From assembly GCA_050175015.1 (NCBI GenBank), contig JBFXJJ010000004.1, positions 96,001 to 160,000 on the forward strand: DNA of 64,000 bases, read 5' to 3'. This stretch comes from Alphaproteobacteria bacterium (GTDB taxonomy: Bacteria > Pseudomonadota > Alphaproteobacteria > JBFXJJ01). The notes under the pieces were generated by a model that searched no databases, had not been told where the DNA came from, and saw only the letters and a program-made list of their open reading frames with translations. Positions within the stretch are counted from its first letter, which is position 1; each line of letters begins with the position of its first letter. Shown piece by piece: positions 40,272-51,294 of the stretch. The position numbers and the translations under genes are program-made.

Positions 40272-41621
40272 CTATTTCAACCGCTTTCTTGTTTTACCTA
40301 AAGAAGTTTTCTTAAGTAAGCCCTCATATTGATGAGCTATCAAATGAGATTGAACTTGAGAAACGAAATCCATTGTAACTTGAACAACAATCATAAGGGT
40401 TGTTCCTCCCAAGAAAAATGGAATACCCATTTTTGATATTAATAGCTCTGGCATTACACATAAAACAGTCAAATAAAACGCAGCTAAAACAGTAAGCCTC
40501 GTTATAACATAATCTAAATACTCGGCAGTATTTTTGCCTGGCCTAATACCAGCGACAAAACCGCCATGTTTTTTTAAATTTTCAGCAGTATCTTCAGGAT
40601 TAAAGACAACCGCTGTATAGAAAAATGTAAAAAAGACAATAAGAGACGCATATAATGCCAAATAAACAGGTTGTCCGTGTCCTAAAATAGAAGAAAGATA
40701 ACCTAAAACACCACCCTTATCAGCAGCAAAATTAGCTATAGTAATAGGAAGCAATAAAATAGAACTGGCAAAAATTGGAGGGATAACCCCAGTTGGATTG
40801 ATTTTTAATGGCAAATGAGAACTTTCAGCATTTGTCATTTTCAAGCCAACTTGTCTCTTAGGATATTGGATAACTACTCTTCTCTGAGCTCTTTCGATAA
40901 ACACTATGGTATAGATTAGAGCTAAAGCAACAATAATAACCCCTAAAATTATAAAAATAGAAAGTTGTCCAACTCTTCCTAACTCAAGAGTAGTAAAGAT
41001 CGCTCTTGGAACATTGGCAATGATACCAACCATAATGATTAAGGAAGATCCGTTTCCAACCCCTCTCGCTGTTATTTGCTCGCCAAGCCAAACGATAAAC
41101 ATCGTTCCGCCGACAAGAGAAACAACGGTAGAAAACCTAAAAAACCAACCAGGGTAAATAACAGCAGAAGCACCGCCAGAAGTAAGTCCTTCCAAGCCAA
41201 CTGCTATACCATATCCCTGAATTATGGTGATTAAAACGGTTAAATATCTTGTATATTGCGTAGCTTTACGATGTCCAGCCTCTCCTTCTTTCTTTAATTC
41301 AGCCAAAGGAGGAAATATCGACTGCCCCAACTGCACCATAATTGATGCTGAAATATAAGGCATAATGTTTAACGCAAAAATAGTCATACGTTTTAAAGCA
41401 CCGCCAGTAAATAAGTCAAACATACCTAAAATGCCGCCGTTCTGCTGGCTAAAGATATCGGAGAGAATTGTAGCATTAATGCCTGGTAGCGGAATAAATG
41501 TTCCTAAACGAAAGACTATCAATGCCCCTAATGTAAACCACATTCTCTGCTTTAAATTATCAGCTTTGGCAAAAGCTGCCATATTTACATTAGATGCCAT
41601 TCTTTCATAAAGCGATGCCAT
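40272..41621 (-). CDS. secY: Preprotein translocase SecY
   Basis: IPLPGIN, IMPYISASI, WLGEQIT.RGVGNG, GVIPPIFA, GIRPG. Confidence 0.98.
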   Translation of the reverse strand: MASLYERMASNVNMAAFAKADNLKQRMWFTLGALIVFRLGTFIPLPGINATILSDIFSQQNGGILGMFDLFTGGALKRMTIFALNIMPYISASIMVQLGQSIFPPLAELKKEGEAGHRKATQYTRYLTVLITIIQGYGIAVGLEGLTSGGASAVIYPGWFFRFSTVVSLVGGTMFIVWLGEQITARGVGNGSSLIIMVGIIANVPRAIFTTLELGRVGQLSIFIILGVIIVALALIYTIVFIERAQRRVVIQYPKRQVGLKMTNAESSHLPLKINPTGVIPPIFASSILLLPITIANFAADKGGVLGYLSSILGHGQPVYLALYASLIVFFTFFYTAVVFNPEDTAENLKKHGGFVAGIRPGKNTAEYLDYVITRLTVLAAFYLTVLCVMPELLISKMGIPFFLGGTTLMIVVQVTMDFVSQVQSHLIAHQYEGLLKKTSLGKTRKRLK

Positions 41622-41711
41622 GCTTTACTCTCTCCCTATTACCTTTAATATCATATATCAAAAAAGGTTATTTAACTTATTTCTTTTGGTGCTTTTATGT
41701 TTCTTTTGAAA

Positions 41712-42203
41712 TTATTCTTCGGCTTTAACAACAAGCTTAGAATTCAAAACAATTTCAATTTTACCGCCATTTTTTTCTATAGCTTCTTTGGCTTTGCTAG
41801 AATAACCGCTCACTTTTAAATTAAGAGCTGTTTTCAATTCTCCGCCGCCTAAAACTTTAATGCCATCTTTAGCTTTCTTTAAAAGACCAGCTTTTAAGAT
41901 TTCAGCTTCACCAATTTCTGATTTTGCATCTAATTTCTTTGCATCAACTGCAGCTTGAAGCTTGCCAAGATTGATTACAGCAAAATTGCTAGCAAACATT
42001 TCATTGTTAAAACCTCTTTTTGGTAAACGTCTGTAAATAGGCATTTGTCCGCCTTCAAAGCCATGAACGGCTACACCGCTTCTGGATTTTTGGCCTTTAT
42101 CGCCTCTTCCGCCAGTAACACCTTTACCACAACCGGAACCACGAGCAACACGCATACGAGATTTACGTGCTCCTTTGTTATCCTTTATTTCATTTAGTTT
42201 CAT
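41712..42203 (-). CDS. rplO: 50S ribosomal protein L15
   Basis: KGQKSRSG, FEGGQMP.YRRLPKRGF. Confidence 0.97.
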   Translation of the reverse strand: MKLNEIKDNKGARKSRMRVARGSGCGKGVTGGRGDKGQKSRSGVAVHGFEGGQMPIYRRLPKRGFNNEMFASNFAVINLGKLQAAVDAKKLDAKSEIGEAEILKAGLLKKAKDGIKVLGGGELKTALNLKVSGYSSKAKEAIEKNGGKIEIVLNSKLVVKAEE

Positions 42204-42310
42204 TTTTCTAATCCACTTTTCAAAACTAAAACCTAAAACTTGGCAACACCAAGTTCTGATTAAATCTAATAATATACAAGAAGTAGCTCTATAATAATTA
42301 AAACAGATGC

Positions 42311-42502
42311 CTATTCTTCAATTTTAACCAAATGAGGAACTTTTTTTACCATTCCACGAATTGAAGGAGTATCTTCAAGCTCTCTTACTTTATTAACCTT
42401 GTTCAAACCAAGACCAATAAGTACTTTGCGTTGAGCTTTATCTCTTCCAATAGGACTTGCTACTTGTTTTACCTTAATTAAGGCTGTTGCTTTCTTAGCC
42501 AT
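42311..42502 (-). CDS. rpmD: 50S ribosomal protein L30
   Basis: [17 protein letters not shown]; operon position. Confidence 0.95.
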   Translation of the reverse strand: MAKKATALIKVKQVASPIGRDKAQRKVLIGLGLNKVNKVRELEDTPSIRGMVKKVPHLVKIEE

Positions 42503-42507
42503 TTGAC

Positions 42508-43086
42508 TTACTCCTTGCTAGCTGTTGCTGAAGAACCATCTCTGCGTCCAACAATATCACCAATTTTTTTGCCTCTCTTAGAAGCAACGCCTTTTGGCGA
42601 ATTAATGTTTTTAAACGCATCAAAAGTTGCTTTAATAACATTGTAAGGATTCTGGCTGCCAAGTGATTTAGCTACAACATCTTGAATACCAACGGTTTCA
42701 AAAACAGCTCTCATAGAACCACCTGCAATGATACCTGTACCAGCAGGAGCGGATCTCATAACAACTTTGCCTGCACCAAAACGTCCATAAGAATCATGGT
42801 GAAGAGTTCTACCCTCACGAAGAGGCACTCTTACCATATTCTTTTTAGCGGCATCAGTTGCTTTACGTACTGCTTCAGGAACTTCTTTAGCCTTACCAGC
42901 ACCACAACCAACACGACCACGTTGATCACCGACAACAACTATCGCTGCAAAAGCAAAGCGTCTACCACCTTTTACAACCTTAGCTACTCTATTAATATGA
43001 ACGAGCTTATCTACAAGCTCTTCAGTTTCACGCTCACGAGCTTTCTCGTTTTTTGCGTTACGTTCTGTATTTGGTTTACGTGACAT
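42508..43086 (-). CDS. rpsE: 30S ribosomal protein S5
   Basis: [22 protein letters not shown]. Confidence 0.98.
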   Translation of the reverse strand: MSRKPNTERNAKNEKARERETEELVDKLVHINRVAKVVKGGRRFAFAAIVVVGDQRGRVGCGAGKAKEVPEAVRKATDAAKKNMVRVPLREGRTLHHDSYGRFGAGKVVMRSAPAGTGIIAGGSMRAVFETVGIQDVVAKSLGSQNPYNVIKATFDAFKNINSPKGVASKRGKKIGDIVGRRDGSSATASKE

Positions 43087-43100
43087 TTTCCTCTTTCCCT

Positions 43101-43463
43101 TTAGAACGATAGACCTTCTTCACGAGCAGCATCAGCTAAAGCTTTAATGCGTCCATGAAAAATATATCCTCCGCGATCAAAAACTATGTTTTTTACGCCA
43201 GCTTTAATACCTCTTTGAGCTACTAAGCGGCCGACAGCTGTCGCAGCGTCTTTGGTTGAACCACTTTTAATTGTTGCTTTTAATTCCTTATCAACTGAAG
43301 AAGCAGAAGCAAGTGTCTTGCCAGCTAAATCATCAATTAATTGAGCATAAATATGCTTACAGGAACGATAAACAGAAAGACGAACTTTGCCTTTTGCTTT
43401 TTTTCTTAAATTAAAACGAAGCCTTGCTTTGCGACGTTCAAATAATTCTCTTGCCGTTTTCAT
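43101..43463 (-). CDS. rplR: 50S ribosomal protein L18
   Basis: [32 protein letters not shown]. Confidence 0.97.
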   Translation of the reverse strand: MKTARELFERRKARLRFNLRKKAKGKVRLSVYRSCKHIYAQLIDDLAGKTLASASSVDKELKATIKSGSTKDAATAVGRLVAQRGIKAGVKNIVFDRGGYIFHGRIKALADAAREEGLSF

Positions 43464-43476
43464 GGCTTAAAACCCC

Positions 43477-44013
43477 TTATTTCTTCTTGCCTTCTTTACG
43501 ACGAATTGCTTCGCCTTCATATTTAACACCTTTGCCTTTATATGGTTCAGGTAAACGATAAGCTCTAACTTCAGCTGCAACTTGACCAACAACTTGTTTG
43601 TCAGCTCCAGAGATTTCAATTGAAGTTGGTGTAGCACAAGCAACCTTAATACCTTGAGGAACTTTATATTCAACTTCATGGCTGTAACCAAGTGAAAGAA
43701 CTAAGTCGCTTCCTTGTACTCTAGCTTTATAACCAACACCGACAATTTCAAGTTTTTTAATAAAGCCAACACTAACACCTTTTACCATATTGTTAGCTCT
43801 AGCTCTGATGGTTCCCCACATAGCTCTGGCTTTCTTATTTTCTTGTCTTGGTTTTACAACAATTTGCTTATCTTCAACCTTTACATCGACTAAGTCATTA
43901 TCAAAAGCAAGTGATAACTCACCATTTTTACCTTTAGTTTTTAAAACATTGCCAACTATTGACACGGTTACATCTGAAGGTACTGCTACTGGATTTTTTC
44001 CTACTCTAGACAT
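43477..44013 (-). CDS. rplF: 50S ribosomal protein L6
   Basis: MSRVGK.P, GVGY, LGYSH, PEPYKGKG. Confidence 0.98.
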   Translation of the reverse strand: MSRVGKNPVAVPSDVTVSIVGNVLKTKGKNGELSLAFDNDLVDVKVEDKQIVVKPRQENKKARAMWGTIRARANNMVKGVSVGFIKKLEIVGVGYKARVQGSDLVLSLGYSHEVEYKVPQGIKVACATPTSIEISGADKQVVGQVAAEVRAYRLPEPYKGKGVKYEGEAIRRKEGKKK

Positions 44014-44024
44014 TTTTTTCTCCC

Positions 44025-44423
44025 TTAGAATACCTTACATAAAACTTCACCGCCAACATTAGCTTGGCGAGCTTCTTGATCTGACATAACTCCCTTTGGG
44101 GTAGACAAAACCGCAATACCTAAACCATTATAATATTTAGGAAGATTTTTGATTTTAGAATAAACTCTACGTCCTGGGGTTGAGATTCTGGTTATTTCCT
44201 TAATAACTGGCGCATCTTCAAAATATTTAAGTTCAACCTTAATTTCTTCAACGCCTTCTCTAACTTTATATTTATTGAAACCTCTAATGTAACCTTCTCT
44301 CTGTAAAACTTCTAAAACACTCAAACGAAGTTTAGAAGCTGGGGTTACAACTGAGCTTTTTTTAGCTCTTTGTCCGTTTCTAATTCTGGTGAGCATATCA
44401 CCTAATGTATCTGTCATTGACAT
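44025..44423 (-). CDS. rpsH: 30S ribosomal protein S8
   Basis: MSMTD..DMLTRIRN, STPGRRVY, STPKG, GGEVLC. Start at ATG 44423. Confidence 0.97.
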   Translation of the reverse strand: MSMTDTLGDMLTRIRNGQRAKKSSVVTPASKLRLSVLEVLQREGYIRGFNKYKVREGVEEIKVELKYFEDAPVIKEITRISTPGRRVYSKIKNLPKYYNGLGIAVLSTPKGVMSDQEARQANVGGEVLCKVF

Positions 44424-44437
44424 GGGACTGCTTCTCC

Positions 44438-44743
44438 TTACCAACTTGATTTAACAAGACCTGGGATTTGCCCCTGCCCTGCCATATCTCTTAAAATAAC
44501 TCTGCTTAACTTAAACTTACGATAGTTACCGCGAGGTCTGCCTGTTAATTCACAACGATTGTGAATTCTATCCTTAGCAGAATTTCTTGGAACAATAGCA
44601 AGCTTAAGAACAGCTTCAAATCTTGCTTCTGGAGAAGTTTCCTTGTTCATAATAACCGCTTTTAAGCGATTGCGTTTTGAACTAAATTTTTTAGCCATAC
44701 GCTCTCTTTTTTTGTTGCGTTCAACTGCACTTGTTTTAGCCAT
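44438..44743 (-). CDS. rpsN: 30S ribosomal protein S14 (long, Zn-free type)
   Basis: [28 protein letters not shown]. Confidence 0.97.
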   Translation of the reverse strand: MAKTSAVERNKKRERMAKKFSSKRNRLKAVIMNKETSPEARFEAVLKLAIVPRNSAKDRIHNRCELTGRPRGNYRKFKLSRVILRDMAGQGQIPGLVKSSW

Positions 44744-44758
44744 AGTAAATTACTCCAG

Positions 44759-45298
44759 TTATTTTCTAAAAGGAAAATTAAAAGCTGAAAGTAAAGCTTT
44801 TGCTTCTTTATCCGTTTTTGCACTAGTGCAAATAACGACATTCATACCTCTAATTTTATCTATTTGATCGTAGTTAATTTCAGGGAAAATAATCTGTTCT
44901 TTAATTCCCATAGAAAAGTTGCCTTTTCCATCAAAATTTTTACCAGAAATACCTCTGAAATCGCGAACTCTAGGCAGAGCAATAGTTACTAAACGGTCTA
45001 AAAATTCATACATTTTTTCACGGCGCAAAGTAACTTTACATCCTATTGGCATTCCTTCACGTAACTTAAAAGTTGCGATGGATTTACGAGCATGGCTAAC
45101 AATCGGTTTTTGGCCTGATATAGCGGTAAGTTCATTTAACGCAAGGTCAATTTTCTTCTTATCAGCAACAGCCTCTCCTACGCCCATATTTATAACAATT
45201 TTCTCAAGACGTGGGACTTCCAATTCATTTTTGTAGCCGAATTCTTTTACTAATTCTTTTTTTACTACACTTTTATAATGATCAATCAATCTGGTCAT
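44759..45298 (-). CDS. rplE: 50S ribosomal protein L5
   Basis: [30 protein letters not shown]. Confidence 0.98.
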   Translation of the reverse strand: MTRLIDHYKSVVKKELVKEFGYKNELEVPRLEKIVINMGVGEAVADKKKIDLALNELTAISGQKPIVSHARKSIATFKLREGMPIGCKVTLRREKMYEFLDRLVTIALPRVRDFRGISGKNFDGKGNFSMGIKEQIIFPEINYDQIDKIRGMNVVICTSAKTDKEAKALLSAFNFPFRK

Positions 45299-45320
45299 TT
45301 CTTAAAATTCCTTCTCTTTC

Positions 45321-45641
45321 TTATTTATCAAGAACTTCGCCAGAACGTTTGGCAAAACGAACTTTGCGACCATCATCGAGGGTTTTATATCCAACTCTAG
45401 TTGGTTTACCATCTTTAGGATCGATTAATGAAACATTAGAAACATGAATCGGTAATTCTTTAGTGATAATGCCACCAGGAGAAGTCTGTGTTGGTTTGGT
45501 ATGACGTTTTACAACATTAACACCTTTAACCAAAACTTTACGTTCACTGGGAAGTGATCTTAAAACTTCGCCCTTACGACCTTTGTCTTTGCCACAAAGA
45601 ACAAGAACTTCATCGCCTTTTTTTACTTTCATTTTGTTCAT
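45321..45641 (-). CDS. rplX: 50S ribosomal protein L24
   Basis: KKGDEV..GKDKG, GGII.KE.PIHVSNV. Start at ATG 45641. Confidence 0.97.
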   Translation of the reverse strand: MNKMKVKKGDEVLVLCGKDKGRKGEVLRSLPSERKVLVKGVNVVKRHTKPTQTSPGGIITKELPIHVSNVSLIDPKDGKPTRVGYKTLDDGRKVRFAKRSGEVLDK

Positions 45642-45642
45642 A

Positions 45643-46011
45643 TCACAACACCTCCGGTGCAAGTGAAATAATTTTCATATATTTCTTTGCACGTAATTCA
45701 CGAGTTACGGGACCAAAGATACGGGTTCCAATAGGTTCCCCATCTTTATTTATTAAAACCGCAGCATTGCGATCAAATCTAATGGCGCTTCCATCATTAC
45801 GACGGATTTCTTTTGCTGTGCGAACAATAACGGCGCGATGAACGTCACCTTTTTTTACGCGGCCACGTGGAATCGCATCTTTAATAGAAACCACGATAAC
45901 ATCACCTACAGAGGCTATTTGTCTTTTTGAACCGCCTAAAACCTTGATGCACTGCACTTGGCGTGCCCCAGAATTATCGGCAACATCCAGGTTGGTTTGC
46001 ATCTGAATCAT
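45643..46011 (-). CDS. rplN: 50S ribosomal protein L14
   Basis: [22 protein letters not shown]. Confidence 0.98.
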   Translation of the reverse strand: MIQMQTNLDVADNSGARQVQCIKVLGGSKRQIASVGDVIVVSIKDAIPRGRVKKGDVHRAVIVRTAKEIRRNDGSAIRFDRNAAVLINKDGEPIGTRIFGPVTRELRAKKYMKIISLAPEVL

Positions 46012-46053
46012 TTGACTGTTTCCTTACAAATTTAAAAAATTAAACTTACACTA

Positions 46054-46305
46054 TCAGTTTTTGTCTTCAGTGCCAAGAATAACTTCCCAACACTTATTTT
46101 TAGAAAGTGGACGACACTCACATATACGAACCACATCTCCGACTTTACACTGATTATTTTCATCATGGGCAGAATATTTCTTGCTGCTCATAATGTATTT
46201 CTTATACTTGTTATGCATCATACGACGTTCGACTTTTACAACAACCGTTTTATCCATCTTGTCGCTGACCACAACACCTTGAAGAATTCTCTTTGGCATC
46301 TTCAT
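46054..46305 (-). CDS. rpsQ: 30S ribosomal protein S17
   Basis: [24 protein letters not shown]. Confidence 0.97.
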   Translation of the reverse strand: MKMPKRILQGVVVSDKMDKTVVVKVERRMMHNKYKKYIMSSKKYSAHDENNQCKVGDVVRICECRPLSKNKCWEVILGTEDKN

Positions 46306-46508
46306 TAAACCTTTTTCTTGCGCTCGTCAAGGAGCGTCTTTATACGAGCAACATCACGACGAACTTTTTTTACCTGAGCGGTATTTGCAAGATTGCCTGT
46401 TGTTTGTTGAAAACGAAAATTAAATTGCTCTTTTTTAAGAGAAAGAAGCATTTCTTTTAATTCATCGTCACTTTTAGCACGCATTTCGGTTAATACATTC
46501 TCTTTCAT
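46305..46508 (-). CDS. rpmC: 50S ribosomal protein L29
   Basis: [18 protein letters not shown]. Confidence 0.96.
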   Translation of the reverse strand: MKENVLTEMRAKSDDELKEMLLSLKKEQFNFRFQQTTGNLANTAQVKKVRRDVARIKTLLDERKKKV

Positions 46509-46512
46509 AATT

Positions 46513-46932
46513 TTACTCCTCTCCAGCTAAACGAGTAATAAACTTAGTTCTAACAGGAAGTTTAGCAGCTGCAAGCTCAAAAGCCTGACGTGCTGTCTTT
46601 TCAGCAACACCATCAATTTCGAACATAATTCTGCCAGGTTTTACACGGCAAACCCAAAACTCTGGAGTACCTTTACCTTTACCCTGTCTAACTTCTGCTG
46701 GTTTCTTTGAAACTGGAACATCTGGGAAAATTCTAATCCAAACTCTTCCCTGACGCTTCATTTCTCTTGTAATTGCGCGTCTTGCTGCTTCAATTTGTCT
46801 AGCTGTTACTCTTTCAGGAGTAATAGCCTTAAGACCAAAGGAACCAAAATTTAAATCTGTACCGCCCTTAGCATTGCCGTGGATACGCCCTTTATGAGCT
46901 TTACGGTACTTTGTTCTTTTTGGACTAAGCAT
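46513..46932 (-). CDS. rplP: 50S ribosomal protein L16
   Basis: [29 protein letters not shown]. Confidence 0.98.
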   Translation of the reverse strand: MLSPKRTKYRKAHKGRIHGNAKGGTDLNFGSFGLKAITPERVTARQIEAARRAITREMKRQGRVWIRIFPDVPVSKKPAEVRQGKGKGTPEFWVCRVKPGRIMFEIDGVAEKTARQAFELAAAKLPVRTKFITRLAGEE

Positions 46933-46956
46933 TTATTTTATCCATTCCTATCAAAA

Positions 46957-47628
46957 TTAGCGTTGAACTTCAGCTAAGCGTTTTTCACGAGCCATAGGAT
47001 CATGAGCCATAATTTCACCCTTGTAAACCCATACTTTAATACCGCAAGCACCATAAGTGGTACGAGCTGTAGCAACACCATAATCAATGTCTGCTCTTAA
47101 AGTATGAAGAGGAACTCTTCCTTCACGATACCATTCAACACGAGCAATTTCTGCGCCGCCTAAACGACCACTGCAAGCAATTTTAATACCGCCAGCACCT
47201 AATCTTAAAGCTGACTGAACGGCTCTTTTCATTGCTCTACGGAAAGCAACACGTCTTTCAAGCTGCTGTGCGATACCTTCGGCAATAAGAGCTGCATCTA
47301 ATTCAGGCTTTCTGATTTCAACTATATTAAGATGAACTTCACTGCCTGTAATTTTTTGCAAGTCTTTGCGTAAAGAATCAATATCTTGACCTTTTTTACC
47401 AATGACTACACCTGGGCGAGCTGAATGTATTGTAATTCTAGCTTTTTTTGCAGGGCGTTCAATAACAACTCTGCTTATACCAGCTTGGTAAAGCTTTTTC
47501 TTAAGATACTTACGAATTTTAATATCTTCATGCAGAAGATCAGCGTAACTTTCATCAGCAAACCAACGAGAATCCCAAGTACGGTTTACTCCCAATCTAA
47601 AGCCGATTGGATTAATCTTCTGACCCAT
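46957..47628 (-). CDS. rpsC: 30S ribosomal protein S3
   Basis: [36 protein letters not shown]. Confidence 0.98.
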   Translation of the reverse strand: MGQKINPIGFRLGVNRTWDSRWFADESYADLLHEDIKIRKYLKKKLYQAGISRVVIERPAKKARITIHSARPGVVIGKKGQDIDSLRKDLQKITGSEVHLNIVEIRKPELDAALIAEGIAQQLERRVAFRRAMKRAVQSALRLGAGGIKIACSGRLGGAEIARVEWYREGRVPLHTLRADIDYGVATARTTYGACGIKVWVYKGEIMAHDPMAREKRLAEVQR

Positions 47629-48008
47629 TATTTACTCTCCTCAACTTCACGAACAACGATTGTTAAGTTAGAAAACGGCTTCAAAACTCTTGCGCCTCTT
47701 CCGCGTGCTCTAGCATGCCATCTTTTCATAACCAAACTTTTACCAACATAAGCTTCTGCGACCTGTAATTTGTCAACATCAAGGTTATGATTGTTTTCAG
47801 CATTAGCAATAGCAGACTGCAAAACTTTCTTAACCTCTCCAGCTATGCGCTTTTTAGAAAAAGACAATTCAGCTACAGCTGTTTCAACTTTTAAACCTCT
47901 AATCGAACCCGCAACTAAATTAAGTTTGCGAGGAGATGTTCTTAAAGAAAAGGCTTTTGCAATAGCAACTTTGCCTGTTTCTTTATTGTTTTTTAAATTC
48001 TCAGCCAT
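47628..48008 (-). CDS. rplV: 50S ribosomal protein L22
   Basis: [23 protein letters not shown]. Confidence 0.97.
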   Translation of the reverse strand: MAENLKNNKETGKVAIAKAFSLRTSPRKLNLVAGSIRGLKVETAVAELSFSKKRIAGEVKKVLQSAIANAENNHNLDVDKLQVAEAYVGKSLVMKRWHARARGRGARVLKPFSNLTIVVREVEESK

Positions 48009-48010
48009 AA

Positions 48011-48289
48011 CTAACCTCTTTTAGCCTTTTTATCTGCGGCATGACCATAATAGGTGCGTGATGGTGAAAACTCTCCAAATTTATGTCCAATCATATTTTC
48101 TGTAACCAGAACTGGAATAAATTTACGACCATTATAAACGCCAAATGTTAAACCAACAAACTGCGGCAGAATTGTAGATCTTCTTGACCACATTTTAATA
48201 ACTTCATTACGACCTGATGCACGTACCTTTTCAGCCTTTCCGAGAAGGTATCCATCAACAAAAGGTCCTTTCCAAACAGAACGAGCCAT
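48011..48289 (-). CDS. rpsS: 30S ribosomal protein S19
   Basis: [22 protein letters not shown]. Confidence 0.98.
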   Translation of the reverse strand: MARSVWKGPFVDGYLLGKAEKVRASGRNEVIKMWSRRSTILPQFVGLTFGVYNGRKFIPVLVTENMIGHKFGEFSPSRTYYGHAADKKAKRG

Positions 48290-48301
48290 AATCCTTCTCC
48301 T

Positions 48302-49138
48302 TTATTTCTTTTTAGCCTGATGACGGGAACGTAAAATAAAGCCGTCAGTCTTTTTATTATTACGAGTCTTTTTACCTTTGGTGCATTTACCCCAAGGAGT
48401 AACTGGATGACGACCACCACAAGTTCTACCTTCACCACCACCATGTGGGTGATCAACAGGGTTCATAGCAACACCTCTAACGCTAGGTCTTACACCTAAC
48501 CAACGGTTACGACCAGCTTTGCCCAAGTTCGTGTTTTTGTTATCAGGATTAGAAACAGCACCAACCGTGCCTAAACAATCACCTCTAACAACTCTCAGTT
48601 CACCAGAACCAAGACGAATTTGAACAACGCCTGCATCTTTACCAATAAGCTGAGCATAACAACCTGCTGAGCGAACGATTTGTCCACCTCTTCCTGGTTT
48701 CAACTCAACGTTATGGACAATAGTACCAACTGGCATATTTTTAAGAGGCATAGAATTTCCTGGCTTAATATCAACTTTGCTGCCAGAAACAACTGAATCG
48801 CCTACTTTTAATCTTTGTGGCGCCAAGATATAAGACTTTTCACCATCCTGATAATTAATCAAAGCAATGAAAGCTGTTCTATTTGGATCATATTCCAATC
48901 TTTCAACAACTGCTGTAACATCAAACTTATTACGTTTGAAGTCAACAAGGCGATAACGACGTTTATGTCCGCCGCCCATACGACGACTTGTTATTCTTCC
49001 TTGGTTGTTGCGTCCACCTGTTTTTTTCAAGCCCTCAGTCAAACTTTTGACTGGGCCGCCACTATAAAGTTCACTTCTATCAACAACTGTTAACTGACGA
49101 AGAGACGGTGTAGTGGGTCTAAAGTTCTTTAACGCCAT
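48302..49138 (-). CDS. rplB: 50S ribosomal protein L2
   Basis: [32 protein letters not shown]. Confidence 0.98.
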   Translation of the reverse strand: MALKNFRPTTPSLRQLTVVDRSELYSGGPVKSLTEGLKKTGGRNNQGRITSRRMGGGHKRRYRLVDFKRNKFDVTAVVERLEYDPNRTAFIALINYQDGEKSYILAPQRLKVGDSVVSGSKVDIKPGNSMPLKNMPVGTIVHNVELKPGRGGQIVRSAGCYAQLIGKDAGVVQIRLGSGELRVVRGDCLGTVGAVSNPDNKNTNLGKAGRNRWLGVRPSVRGVAMNPVDHPHGGGEGRTCGGRHPVTPWGKCTKGKKTRNNKKTDGFILRSRHQAKKK

Positions 49139-49141
49139 AAC

Positions 49142-49459
49142 TTATATTCCCGTTGTAACATCAATGTTCTGACCATCGGCTAAACGCACAACAGCCTTTT
49201 TAAAATCACTTCTTTTGCCCATATGGCCACGGAATCTTTTTAATTTTCCTTTTGTAGTAACCGTATTGACAGATTCAACCTTAACACCAAAAACTGTTTC
49301 AACTGCTGATTTAACTTCAGTTTTTTCTGCATCAAGAGGCACGATAAAGGTAACTTTATTATGCTCTGAAGCTTTCATCGATTTTTCGGTGATTACTGGT
49401 CTACGGATAACGTCATACATACGTTCCGTAACATTCTTTTTTACTTCAGACTTACTCAT
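49142..49459 (-). CDS. rplW: 50S ribosomal protein L23
   Basis: [23 protein letters not shown]. Confidence 0.97.
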   Translation of the reverse strand: MSKSEVKKNVTERMYDVIRRPVITEKSMKASEHNKVTFIVPLDAEKTEVKSAVETVFGVKVESVNTVTTKGKLKRFRGHMGKRSDFKKAVVRLADGQNIDVTTGI

Positions 49460-50076
49460 TTTAGTCTAGCCTCCAGATGTTCTACAGCTTCCTTGGTTAA
49501 AACCAAAGTATCACGTCTTAAAATGTCATAAACATTAGCACCTTGCTGTGGCAACACATCAATACCAATAATATTACGAGCTGCTAAGGCAAAATTATTA
49601 TCAACTGCAATACCATCAACGATAAGAGCAGAGGTAAGTCCTAATGCTTTAATTTTAGCAACAACTTCTTTGGTTTTTGCTTTTTCAGTTGCAACACTGT
49701 CAAGAACAAGCAGTTTACCTTGTTTTGCTTTAGATGACAAGGCTGTTTTTAAACCAAGTCTACGAACTTTCTTCTGTAAACTATAGCCATGGTCTCTAAC
49801 AACAGGTCCAAAAGCAACACCGCCGCCAACCATTGAAGGGGCTTTCATATTGCCATGTCTAGATCTACCACCACCTTTTTGTTTAAATGCTTTTTTAGAT
49901 GTTCCAGACACTTCACTTCTAGCTTTCGCTTTGTGACAGCCTGAGCGTCTTTTGGCTAATTGCCAGTTAACTACACGAGCCAAAATATCCTCACGGATAT
50001 CGACTCCAAAAATTGAGTCAGAAAGCTCAATTGAGCCAACACTCTTATTTTCTAAATTTTTAACTTCGAGTTTCAT
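49456..50076 (-). CDS. rplD: 50S ribosomal protein L4
   Basis: [28 protein letters not shown]. Confidence 0.97.
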   Translation of the reverse strand: MKLEVKNLENKSVGSIELSDSIFGVDIREDILARVVNWQLAKRRSGCHKAKARSEVSGTSKKAFKQKGGGRSRHGNMKAPSMVGGGVAFGPVVRDHGYSLQKKVRRLGLKTALSSKAKQGKLLVLDSVATEKAKTKEVVAKIKALGLTSALIVDGIAVDNNFALAARNIIGIDVLPQQGANVYDILRRDTLVLTKEAVEHLEARLK

Positions 50077-50081
50077 CTCAG

Positions 50082-50789
50082 TTATTCCTTCTCATCTACG
50101 ACAGCAGCAGCAGTTGCTTTTAATACTCCAGCTGGCATAGGAACATCTTTAGGAAGAGATTTCTTTACAGAATCTCTAACTTTAAGTAATGAACCTTTAT
50201 GCCCTGGCACTCCACCTTTGACCATAATCAAATTACGGGCATCATCAACAGCTACAACTTCTAAATTTTGAACTGTTACTTTTTCATCGCCCATATGACC
50301 AGCCATTTTCTTTCCTTTGAAAACTCTGCCTGGATCTTGATGTTGACCAGTTGAACCGTGTGAACGGTGAGATACTGACACACCGTGAGATGCTTCTAAA
50401 CCTTGGAAATTATGTCTTTTCATTGCTCCAGCAAAGCCTTTACCAATGGAAAAACCTGAAACATCAACAAATTGTCCAACGACAAAATGACTTGGAAGGA
50501 ATTTAGAACCAGCCTCTAAAAGACAATCTTCAGAAACTCTAAATTCAATTAATTTTTGTTTTGGTTCTATTTTTGCCTTAGCATAAGAACCTCTCATAGC
50601 TTTGGTTACATTTTTTGCTTTAACCTGACCAGCACCAATTTGAACGGCATCATAACCGTCTTTTGCTTTGGTTCTAACGGAAACTACTTCGCAGTTGTCA
50701 AGTTGTAATACTGTAACTGGAACGTGCACACCATCTTCTTTAAAAAGACGAGACATTCCGAGCTTTCTTGCTAATAATCCTGAACGCAT
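50082..50789 (-). CDS. rplC: 50S ribosomal protein L3
   Basis: [39 protein letters not shown]. Confidence 0.98.
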   Translation of the reverse strand: MRSGLLARKLGMSRLFKEDGVHVPVTVLQLDNCEVVSVRTKAKDGYDAVQIGAGQVKAKNVTKAMRGSYAKAKIEPKQKLIEFRVSEDCLLEAGSKFLPSHFVVGQFVDVSGFSIGKGFAGAMKRHNFQGLEASHGVSVSHRSHGSTGQHQDPGRVFKGKKMAGHMGDEKVTVQNLEVVAVDDARNLIMVKGGVPGHKGSLLKVRDSVKKSLPKDVPMPAGVLKATAAAVVDEKE

Positions 50790-50801
50790 TTTTACGTCTC
50801 C

Positions 50802-51113
50802 TTACACTTTAATCTCAACGTCAACGCCAGCTGCTAAATCAAGCTTCATTAAAGCATCAACTGTTTGCGGAGTTGGATCAACGATATCTAAAACTCTACG
50901 ATGAGTACGAATCTCGAATTGTTCACGAGATTTTTTATCAACGTGCGGAGAACGGTTTAATGTAAATTTTTCAACTAATGTTGGCAAAGGAATCGGACCG
51001 CAAACACTTGCGCCGGTTCTTTTGGCCGTATTAACGATTTCAAGCGTTGATTGATCGAGCAACCTGTGCTCAAACGCTTTCAACCGTATTCTAATATTTT
51101 GACCTTCCATCAT
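50802..51113 (-). CDS. rpsJ: 30S ribosomal protein S10
   Basis: [29 protein letters not shown]. Start could be 51110, 51113 or 51128. Confidence 0.97.
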   Translation of the reverse strand: MMEGQNIRIRLKAFEHRLLDQSTLEIVNTAKRTGASVCGPIPLPTLVEKFTLNRSPHVDKKSREQFEIRTHRRVLDIVDPTPQTVDALMKLDLAAGVDVEIKV

Positions 51114-51225
51114 GGCTTTCTGCACCATCCCTTATTTTTCCCGGATAGCTTGCCGAAAGTTACTCTCGCAGCCAGTTCTCGGGGACTTGTTAACACAAAT
51201 ATATCTTTATAGTATAAAAACACTA

Positions 51226-51255
51226 TTCGGAACGAGGAAAATACCTCGTTCCGAA
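51226..51255 (-). terminator. Intrinsic terminator after tuf
   Basis: 12-bp stem TTCGGAACGAGG/CCTCGTTCCGAA, followed on the minus strand by UAGUGUUUUU. Confidence 0.7.
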
Positions 51256-51266
51256 CAGAAAAACAA
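51238..51266 (-). promoter_or_regulatory. Candidate sigma70 promoter for the S10 operon, overlapping the tuf terminator
   Basis: cTTGTTT-N17-TATTTT on the minus strand. Confidence 0.4.
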
Positions 51267-51294
51267 GAACTTTTTTTAAATTCTTCGTTTTTTC

